Shown: piece after piece, positions 55,842 to 63,221 of the stretch | Layout: the number at the start of each line of letters is the position of its first letter | Position numbering within the stretch: position 1 is the stretch's first letter | Source of the DNA: Candidatus Wolfebacteria bacterium GW2011_GWA1_44_24 | GTDB taxonomy: Bacteria; Patescibacteriota; Minisyncoccia; UBA6257; UBA9933 | Assembly: GCA_001001115.1 (NCBI GenBank) | Contig: LCIO01000001.1 | Location: 172,710 to 236,709, forward strand | DNA length: 64,000 nt | Direction of reading: 5' to 3' | Made by a program: the position numbers and the translations under genes | Notes under the pieces: model-generated | The model's input: only the letters and a program-made list of their open reading frames with translations | Told to the model about the DNA's origin: nothing | The model's database searches: none

Positions 55842-56701
55842 ATGTTTAATTTTGTTAATTGTTTAACCAAATCCGGATAATCAGTACAAATAGCATTCGG
55901 CTTCAAACCAATTATTTCAATCAATCTTTTCCGCAATGTTTCTTGATTAACGGCGTCGTTATGCGCTTCCCCGCCAAGAAGACCCGGCGAAGTGCCGTGC
56001 AATTCCGGCGAAACAATGGCCGATTTTATGCCGTTTTTCCGAAGAAGCACGATTGTTTCTTCGGTGTATAATTTTTTATTGCTACCGCCCTCGCCAACCC
56101 TGTCCCACTCGTCAAGCCAAGCCCAATCAAACAAACTCTTATTCTCAATCACTTCTTCTAAAGACAGAAGCGTTCCGCCGACCGCCTCATTATATCGCTG
56201 AATATCATAAGGATGAGCGACCGAAGGCGCCAAAACTAATTCGGGGAAAAATCCTTTTAAAAATCTGGCGGTTTCAACTTTGACGTCAAAAACAAGCAAT
56301 CTGTTGAGATGTCCAACATATTTTTGCAAAAAAGGCAATAATAATTCCAGATATCGTTTTTCCTGGAACTTACTTTTTAAATGAAGGGCGTTTAATTTGG
56401 AATCGTTCTTTATTATTAAATCCATTAACTCGTCAAAATCGGGAATTCTGTCGCCGTTAGGGCGAATCTCCTTAATTCCCGCCAATGTTAAATCTCCGAA
56501 CATCCTCTCGTTTTGGCCATTGGTAATCCTTTCCAAACCGCTGTCGTGGAAAATTATTATTTCTCCGTCTTTGGTGAAATTGACGTCAAATTCAATTCCA
56601 AAACCGCGCCCCAACTGGTCTTCAAATGCTTCATAACTGTTCTCGGTAAAAAATTTTTCTTTGGAAGGTTCAAGACCGCGATGAGTTATAATATGAATCA
56701 T
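55838..56701 (-). CDS. Glycerophosphodiester phosphodiesterase (GDPD) family protein
   Basis: 287 aa. IITHRGL...ENSYEAFE...GIEFDV...DGEIIIFHD are the GDPD catalytic motifs. Confidence 0.8.
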   Translation of the reverse strand: MIHIITHRGLEPSKEKFFTENSYEAFEDQLGRGFGIEFDVNFTKDGEIIIFHDSGLERITNGQNERMFGDLTLAGIKEIRPNGDRIPDFDELMDLIIKNDSKLNALHLKSKFQEKRYLELLLPFLQKYVGHLNRLLVFDVKVETARFLKGFFPELVLAPSVAHPYDIQRYNEAVGGTLLSLEEVIENKSLFDWAWLDEWDRVGEGGSNKKLYTEETIVLLRKNGIKSAIVSPELHGTSPGLLGGEAHNDAVNQETLRKRLIEIIGLKPNAICTDYPDLVKQLTKLNI

Positions 56702-57471
56702 TTAATTCTAATCTTCCCATCTTCCAAGTTCTTCAAAAACACGTTTAAATCTTCCGGCGTTCCCAAACCGTGCATCTTTTCCGCGTCAATATCATAAATA
56801 TAAATGTTCTTGCCCCCCAAAATCATTTCATTGTACACCGGGCAGACATAAAATTCGTTATTATGGCGGATATTTTTTTCAATCATTGACTGGGCCGCTT
56901 TAACAAAATCGCTTCCCTTTTTGAAATAATAAACGCCAACCGTAGCTTTGTCAGAAATTACTTTTTTTTCCGCCACTTCAATTACTTTGTTGTTTTTATC
57001 AACTCTGGCATAACTCCACTTAGGATGGCTGGCTTTAAAAGTCATAATTAATCCGTCTTTCCCTTCCTCGCGTCCCGCTCGGATAAAATCATTCATATCT
57101 ATCTCAACAAATTGGTCGGAGTTGGCTATTAATAAATCATCATCGTTATTAATGTACTGCATAGCCGTTAATACCGTGCAAGCCGCCCCTTCGGTTACGC
57201 CGTTAAGCTGGATTATTTCAAATTTATTGTCCGAAACATTCTGTAAAATATGGTAAAGGTCGTATTTGTCATAATGCTCTTTTTGGCAAATAAAAATGAA
57301 TTTATAGTCAACCTTAGGTTTAAGATTATTCACCACGACTTCAATCATCGTCTTTCCGTTAATGTCAATTAACGGTTTGGGGAAAGTATATCCCGCCTCT
57401 TGAAACCTCGACCCCTTTCCGGCCATAGGAACAACGATATTCAGTTTTTTAGCGTTATTTAAATTTTCCAT
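56698..57471 (-). CDS. Sugar/polyol-phosphate nucleotidyltransferase (GT-A fold NTP_transferase)
   Basis: Start trimmed to MENLNNAKKLNIVVPMAGKGSRFQEAGYTFPKPLIDINGKTMIE (ATG 57471). The 47-codon upstream extension in the track is Arg-rich and overlaps the HAD gene. Confidence 0.8.
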   Translation of the reverse strand: MENLNNAKKLNIVVPMAGKGSRFQEAGYTFPKPLIDINGKTMIEVVVNNLKPKVDYKFIFICQKEHYDKYDLYHILQNVSDNKFEIIQLNGVTEGAACTVLTAMQYINNDDDLLIANSDQFVEIDMNDFIRAGREEGKDGLIMTFKASHPKWSYARVDKNNKVIEVAEKKVISDKATVGVYYFKKGSDFVKAAQSMIEKNIRHNNEFYVCPVYNEMILGGKNIYIYDIDAEKMHGLGTPEDLNVFLKNLEDGKIRIK

Positions 57472-57488
57472 ATTTATATTTTTATTTA

Positions 57489-58100
57489 TTATTCCAGAAT
57501 ATCTTTGAACAGCGACAGGTGCACATCGTGCACTCCTCTTACTTCGTAAACCGTGGCGCCGCTGGCTTTGGCGGCGGCAATGCCGTGGGGAGCGTCTTCC
57601 ACTATTATACATTCGGACGGCTGCAAATTAAAATGGGAGAAAATTTTCAAATAAATTTCCGGATGAGGTTTGGGATTTAGAACCTCATCATTTCCGATTA
57701 TTAAATCAAAAAAATGATGGATTTGAGCCGATTTCAACATCAAATGAAGAGTTTCCTTCACGGAATTCGAAGCGCAAGCCAGCTTGAATCCTTTATCTTT
57801 CAAATGATTCAATAAGATGATTTTCGAATAATCGGGCGCGCAATATTTCGGGATTATTTCTTTGGTATATTTTTGCTTAATCGCGTTTATTGTTTCTTTC
57901 AAGCCGGCCGGCAACCGGCCCGATTCTTCGAGTTTTTCTATTTTTTTTCTGGTCGGCAGCCCATTAAAATAGGAAAAATGCTCTTCATGGTCTATTTTCG
58001 CGCCAAAAAGATTTAATGCCCTGTTTAAAGCCTCATAATGCCCTTCCGGCATATCAACTAATACGCCGTCTAAATCAAAGATAATCGCTTTATACCGCAT
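57489..58100 (-). CDS. HAD-superfamily hydrolase/phosphatase (beta-phosphoglucomutase-like subfamily IA)
   Basis: 203 aa. Motif I IIFDLDGVLVD, motif II ASNS, motif IV VEDAPHGIAAAKASG. Confidence 0.85.
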   Translation of the reverse strand: MRYKAIIFDLDGVLVDMPEGHYEALNRALNLFGAKIDHEEHFSYFNGLPTRKKIEKLEESGRLPAGLKETINAIKQKYTKEIIPKYCAPDYSKIILLNHLKDKGFKLACASNSVKETLHLMLKSAQIHHFFDLIIGNDEVLNPKPHPEIYLKIFSHFNLQPSECIIVEDAPHGIAAAKASGATVYEVRGVHDVHLSLFKDILE

Positions 58101-58184
58101 ATTTACATATAGAATAGCGGAATTTGGCTAAAAATCAACACTGGGCGGATATTTTATTCAGCGCCGTTAAAATTCCTTCAATTT

Positions 58185-58913
58185 TTACGAATAAGTGATA
58201 ACTTCTCCTTTCGCCGCATCAAGATCTTTAATGTTGTAACCGATTTGAGAAAGAAAAACATGACATTCTTGATAAAGCTTTTGAGAATGGGTGGCTAAAA
58301 AAATTATTGGCTTATATTGCCGAAGTGTGCGCCGTGCGCCTTGCAACACGGAAAGTTCTGTACCCTCAACGTCAATCTTTAAAATTCGTGGCGGGAGTAT
58401 ATTTTGGGTTTCGATAAGTTTATCTATAAAAACTTCCTGAACGGCAAAAGAGCCGTTTTTTTCAGAAATCGTCCCCGTCGTAGAACTTTCTCCCTCTTTA
58501 AAGAAAGTTTTTCCTTCTTTATCGCTCACCGCCGCTTCAATAACAGTCACATTAGTAAGTTTATTCAAAACAATATGTTTTTTTAAAATTGCTATGTTTG
58601 ATGGCAATGGTTCAAAAGCATAAACCCTCCCATCGCCGACTAACATCGAAGCCAGTAATGTATAAAAACCGACGTGGGCGCCGATGTCATAAACCACGTC
58701 ATTGTTTTTAACAAATTTTGTAAATAATTGTTGCTTCTCCAATTCATAAGACCCGAGCCAATAACCGTTATCGCCTGAACCCTTAATCCATTTCTTACCT
58801 CTTAAAGGACCTTGGATTATCGGCAGTATTACATTGTTAGGAATTAATTTTAATAAACTGCGCAAAAAACGCCCTATTAACGACTTTGTGCAAATTGAAG
58901 AAAAATTAGTCAT
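58185..58913 (-). CDS. FkbM-family methyltransferase (AT-rich copy)
   Basis: 242 aa. VYDIGAHVGFYT, VYAFEPLP and ILKIDVEGTELSVLQGA. Confidence 0.85.
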   Translation of the reverse strand: MTNFSSICTKSLIGRFLRSLLKLIPNNVILPIIQGPLRGKKWIKGSGDNGYWLGSYELEKQQLFTKFVKNNDVVYDIGAHVGFYTLLASMLVGDGRVYAFEPLPSNIAILKKHIVLNKLTNVTVIEAAVSDKEGKTFFKEGESSTTGTISEKNGSFAVQEVFIDKLIETQNILPPRILKIDVEGTELSVLQGARRTLRQYKPIIFLATHSQKLYQECHVFLSQIGYNIKDLDAAKGEVITYS

Positions 58914-60105
58914 TTTTTTCTATATAAGCAAGCGCTTTTAAAATGCCTTCCACATCTTTTTCGTAATTATAATTTCCGATAATATCCAGCGATTTTTTGC
59001 CGAAAGACAGCCGTTTTTCGGGATTGTCAACCAGAAATTTTAAGTATTCAGCCAATTTATCAATATCACCCTTCGAAATAATAAAGCCGTTTTCTCCGTT
59101 TTTCACCAAATCAGAACCGCTGCCGACGATATTGGAAATAATTATCGGCAACCCGAAACACATCGCTTCATTGACAACCATGCCCCAAGTTTCGCCCATT
59201 CCCGACGGCAAAACAAAAACATCAGACGCCGCAAAATATTTCATCAGATTAATTTTATTCTGAAAGCCGGCTAAAATGACATTTTTAAGATTATGTTTTT
59301 TAATATATTTTTCAAGTTCGGGCCGCAAAATGCCTTCTCCGACGAATACCAAAGAAACTTTGGATTTCAAATTTTTAATTTGGGATAATTTTTCGTACGC
59401 CGTTAAAAGGTTAAGCGGATTTTTCTGTATCACCAGTCTGCCGACAAACACTATCGCCATTGATTCCGCGCCAAATCCCAATTCTTTTTTCAATTTATCC
59501 CTGCTTGGTTTTAATAAATTAGATTCTCGCATCAGGCGCTCATTGTCGGCCGCGTACGGATAAAAAAATAATTTTTTGTCGGGAACACCGTAATGTTTAT
59601 AAAATTTTCTGTTTTCCTCGCCAATATAAAGAAACGCTGCGATATACGGAAAAAAAATTTTACCGAAAATAATTTTCTTAATGAAAAGTTTCCACTTCGA
59701 CTTTAAAATTTCCTGGTTCAGAGGACTTTCACTGGACAAAAAAACCGGCGTTCGGGTCAGAAAAGCGGTAAAAAAGGCCAGCCAATTCGCTAAAGAATTC
59801 CAGCCGTGAATCAAAATGGCGTCGAATTTATTCCGCCATATCTCAACGGCGATTCCAAAATTCATCCCTCCCCAAAATTGGTCCGACGGCCTTAAAAAAT
59901 AATTGCGCAATATTTTATAATTATATCCGCCAAGCACCGGCACTCCCCAATCAACCGTAACGCCGAACGCCGGGTCATATTCGGCTTTTACGCCAAGACT
60001 ATTTCTATAATAAACCGTCAAATCAACGCCTTTTTGCCTGCCGAGCAATTGAAACAGCGGGTTAAGATTCGGTCCCGGCTGATATAAAAGAACGGCGATT
60101 TTCAT
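58906..60105 (-). CDS. Glycosyltransferase family 4
   Basis: 399 aa. LPSGMGETWGMVVNEAMCFGLPII carries the EX7E-type motif. Confidence 0.85.
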   Translation of the reverse strand: MKIAVLLYQPGPNLNPLFQLLGRQKGVDLTVYYRNSLGVKAEYDPAFGVTVDWGVPVLGGYNYKILRNYFLRPSDQFWGGMNFGIAVEIWRNKFDAILIHGWNSLANWLAFFTAFLTRTPVFLSSESPLNQEILKSKWKLFIKKIIFGKIFFPYIAAFLYIGEENRKFYKHYGVPDKKLFFYPYAADNERLMRESNLLKPSRDKLKKELGFGAESMAIVFVGRLVIQKNPLNLLTAYEKLSQIKNLKSKVSLVFVGEGILRPELEKYIKKHNLKNVILAGFQNKINLMKYFAASDVFVLPSGMGETWGMVVNEAMCFGLPIIISNIVGSGSDLVKNGENGFIISKGDIDKLAEYLKFLVDNPEKRLSFGKKSLDIIGNYNYEKDVEGILKALAYIEKND

Positions 60106-60659
60106 TTTCTCTTCACGCTTTCGTCTTCGGGCCAGTATTTCAGAATGATATTTCCAATTTCTTCCGCTTTGGCTTGGTCGCCCTTTGCTGCGTAAAGGTC
60201 AAATAATCCGTACAACACCGGCGGCAATTTCGGGCCGATTAAAAATGCTCTTTGATAATATTCTTCCGCTTTAACAAAATCGGTTTCTTGATGAAATCTC
60301 TGCCACAAAATAAAATGCATCTGGCCGAACATAAGCAAATGACGGACATTGTCCTTGAATAAATGCTGTCCGACATATTCAACCAAATATCGCGACACAT
60401 TTTCGGACTGCTCTTTAGCGGAAATCATGCTAATAATATTGTTTCCCAAAAATTTGGATATTTCCTCGGCGCCGACCGGAGAATAAAAATTGAAAACATC
60501 GTCAAAATGATTTTTAAATTCATCGAGCGTTTTAACGGACGACATTGAATTGAGCGCCGCGACAAAACGGCGGGATTTGACCAATGGCAAAATAGAACCG
60601 AAATACAAGGCTGAGGCGGCGACAATTATCAATATCGGAATAATTATTTTTTTATGCAT
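60102..60659 (-). CDS. Membrane-anchored protein with TPR-like C-terminus, unknown function
   Basis: 185 aa with an N-terminal TM helix (IIIPILIIVAASALYFGSIL). The C-terminus is TPR-like (AEEYYQRAFLIGP...LYGLFDLYAAKGDQAKAEE). Confidence 0.5.
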   Translation of the reverse strand: MHKKIIIPILIIVAASALYFGSILPLVKSRRFVAALNSMSSVKTLDEFKNHFDDVFNFYSPVGAEEISKFLGNNIISMISAKEQSENVSRYLVEYVGQHLFKDNVRHLLMFGQMHFILWQRFHQETDFVKAEEYYQRAFLIGPKLPPVLYGLFDLYAAKGDQAKAEEIGNIILKYWPEDESVKRK

Positions 60660-60693
60660 TTATGTCGTATAATTGATTTTGATTGTAAACTAT

Positions 60694-62442
60694 ATGCTTT
60701 CAATTATACAAGCGCAAAAAGATTGGCGCAAACTCGCCGTCATCATCATTTTGGCAATGACTGTCGCTGTCGGCGCCAGCCTGCCCGACATAATCAACTA
60801 TCTTACCTTAAAGCAAAATTACGAACCGTTTTATTTTCCTTTCACTTCGGAACCCCAATTCGACGAAGTCACTTTTTACGCCCCTGCCGCTTCTTACTTC
60901 AAAGAAAACCTTAAAATACCGCATGAAACGGAGATATACGAATACAAAAATATCGTCAATGTAAAGTTTTTTTTACCGAGCGCCATTGAAGGCGGGCTGG
61001 CCGCTTTGACGGGCAACACAAGGTTAAGTTGGATTATTATCCGCCTTGTTTTCGCGGCGCTTGTTTTTCTTCTCGCTTACGCCCTGGCGAGAAAATTAAC
61101 CGGCGACCGGACGATTGCCTTGTTCGCCGTTTTGATTTTGTGCACTCTGGGTTTCGGACCGCGGACTTTTCTCAGTTTAATTCCGGAAAGAATCTCCCAG
61201 CCGATTTTCTTTTCGAGAATGAACTCGCCGCTTGTCGTTCTCCCGTTCCTGCTTGCCGGATTGATAGGCTTAACCAAAATCAACACCGATCGTTTCCGAA
61301 GCGGCATCGCAATCACGGGCATTGCCAGCGGCCTTCTTTTTTACACTTATTATTTCCATCAAATCGCCTTCATTCTAACGTTAATAATGCTGACTATCTG
61401 CTACTTTTTCTTGAAAGAGTGGAGAAAAATGGCCGCCGTAATAGCGGCTTCAATCATAGCAAACATCTTAGCCGTGCCGTGGTATCTCCAATATCTTAAA
61501 GCGTTAAAATTATCTCCGGGGTATATCACAAGATGGTCGGCGGCGTCTTACCGCCCCTCATTCCCCGTGGTAATAGCCGCAATCGCCATCATCGCCGCTA
61601 TATTTATTTTAAAAAGAAAACAGAAAAAAATCGGAACGGAAAAAATTTCTTATTTGCCGATGGAAATTTTAATTATTTCCGCCGCCGGAATCCAGTTAAT
61701 CGTTTCGCCGCTGTCGCCTCTGATAATCCAGGCAAGCCATTTTTACCAGCAGATTGTCAACAGCTTCGGATTGTTCGTCATCGCCATTTTGGGAGGAAAT
61801 TATCTTGTTGGCAAACGCCGCCTTCGATATTTGCTGCCGGCTTTGGGGATTATTTTGATTGTTACGCTCTTCATCAAACAATTTGCGGTTTGGCGTCAAA
61901 TTGCCGTCTTTTCAGCGAGCCGCGACAACGAAAAAATAGCCGAAAAATTGGTTGAAAAAAACCTTTCTAAAGAAGACGTTTTGGCCATTGCTAATCCTTA
62001 TTTAAACAGCGTTTTTCCGGCCCGCCTCTGGCGATTCCGGTTTTACGCTTTTGTTTCCTTAAGCAACGTAAGAGACGACGAAAATCTCGAACGTTACGTT
62101 TTTACGCAACGCCTGTTTGACAAACCGTGGAGCGGAGTGGACGGCCAGTTGGCCGCTGACCCGAAAACCGTGCTGTCATCGGTTAAAACCATTTCCATTC
62201 CCTCCCTTCTGACCTCCAAACTGTCCCTGTCTCCGCTTCAACGGAATGATCTCAAAAAATTTTATGATTCCGCAAGCAATGATTTTATCAACGACAAAAA
62301 AATCACCCACGCCGTCGCTCTTAACGCGGAAGAAGAGAACGGACTGATTGCCGGCGGGAAAAAACTTAATCTTAAAACGGAATTGATAGATAAAAAAGAC
62401 AACGTGTCTCTTTATAAAATTTCGGCGGTTGGCGGACAATAA
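60694..62442 (+). CDS. Polytopic membrane protein, GT-C (PMT/ArnT-like) glycosyltransferase candidate
   Basis: The track ORF starts at TTG 60673 and the first ATG is at 60694. There are about 11-13 TM helices. The first extracytoplasmic loop contains FDEVTFY, reminiscent of the PMT-family loop-1 DE motif. A soluble C-terminal domain of about 170 aa follows. Confidence 0.55.
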   Translation: MLSIIQAQKDWRKLAVIIILAMTVAVGASLPDIINYLTLKQNYEPFYFPFTSEPQFDEVTFYAPAASYFKENLKIPHETEIYEYKNIVNVKFFLPSAIEGGLAALTGNTRLSWIIIRLVFAALVFLLAYALARKLTGDRTIALFAVLILCTLGFGPRTFLSLIPERISQPIFFSRMNSPLVVLPFLLAGLIGLTKINTDRFRSGIAITGIASGLLFYTYYFHQIAFILTLIMLTICYFFLKEWRKMAAVIAASIIANILAVPWYLQYLKALKLSPGYITRWSAASYRPSFPVVIAAIAIIAAIFILKRKQKKIGTEKISYLPMEILIISAAGIQLIVSPLSPLIIQASHFYQQIVNSFGLFVIAILGGNYLVGKRRLRYLLPALGIILIVTLFIKQFAVWRQIAVFSASRDNEKIAEKLVEKNLSKEDVLAIANPYLNSVFPARLWRFRFYAFVSLSNVRDDENLERYVFTQRLFDKPWSGVDGQLAADPKTVLSSVKTISIPSLLTSKLSLSPLQRNDLKKFYDSASNDFINDKKITHAVALNAEEENGLIAGGKKLNLKTELIDKKDNVSLYKISAVGGQ

Positions 62443-62450
62443 AAGCGCGA

Positions 62451-63194
62451 TTATCTGTGATAAAATCTTGCTTTTACAATCTCCATCAGCGACGTGATTG
62501 CGTCCTTGAATTTGCTGACTTTCGTGCCCGGCATGTCCCTCCAAAGCACGGGAACTTCTATAATCCGATAATTCATTTTCCGGGCAAGATAGAGTATTTC
62601 CGAATCAAACGCCCATCTTTCCAATATCTGGCGACTGAATAAGGCGCGCGCCGCTTCTTTTTTAAATGCCTTCATGCCACAGGTATGGTCTTTAAAATTT
62701 ACGCCGAGGATGATATTGGATAAAAACGTGAATCCCCTGCCCATAAACTCCCTGAGAAACGGCTGATGAACGTCGATTATTGAACCCTTTATCCTTCTGG
62801 AACCAACGGCAAAATCATAACCTTCCTTTATTTTTTCAACGAAAGCGTCGATATATGAGGCCGGAACGGAAAAATCTATGTCCGTGAACAAAACAATGTC
62901 GCCGGCCGCGGAAAGCACGCCGTTTTTCACCGCCGCGCCCTTGCCGAGATTTTTTTTGTTTTCAACCGCCCGCACGCCCAGATAACGATTGGCTATGTCA
63001 TAAATCATATTCCTGGTTTTGTCGGCGCTCCCGTCGTCGACAAAAATTATTTCCCAGGCGTAAGGCTTATCTTTAAAAAAAGAATAAATAATTTCAAAAC
63101 CGCTCATCAACCGCTTTTCCTCGTTATAAAGAGGAATGACAACGGACAACAAGACATTATTTGAAGAATCTTTTTTGGTAATAAATTGGTCCAT
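62451..63194 (-). CDS. Polyprenyl/dolichyl-phosphate beta-glycosyltransferase (GT2; Alg5/GtrB/Ppm1-like)
   Basis: 247 aa. LSVVIPLYNEEKRL, IIFVDDGSADKT, NLGKGAAV and FTDIDFS. Its small size and lack of TM segments are typical of polyprenyl-P hexose synthases. Confidence 0.8.
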   Translation of the reverse strand: MDQFITKKDSSNNVLLSVVIPLYNEEKRLMSGFEIIYSFFKDKPYAWEIIFVDDGSADKTRNMIYDIANRYLGVRAVENKKNLGKGAAVKNGVLSAAGDIVLFTDIDFSVPASYIDAFVEKIKEGYDFAVGSRRIKGSIIDVHQPFLREFMGRGFTFLSNIILGVNFKDHTCGMKAFKKEAARALFSRQILERWAFDSEILYLARKMNYRIIEVPVLWRDMPGTKVSKFKDAITSLMEIVKARFYHR

Positions 63195-63221
63195 AAATAA
63201 ATTATAAAATCATTTTTAAAT

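Noticed and set aside
56698-57612. N-terminal extensions in the ORF track. Examples are the nucleotidyltransferase to 57612, the cupin to 54148, tmk to 12037, rplY to 1912, the coiled-coil protein to 15288, rpiB to 23147 and the GT10-like gene to 51292.
   Set aside because: The extensions are Arg-rich or nonsense-like and overlap the upstream gene. Each precedes an internal ATG that begins the conserved N-terminal motif, so the starts were trimmed.
60660-60693. Divergent promoter between the TPR-anchor gene and the GT-C gene (TATAAT at 60668-60673).
   Set aside because: The -10 is plausible, but no acceptable -35 was found (tatttt at the 17-nt position), and the spacer is only 13-34 bp. This is too uncertain to list as a feature.
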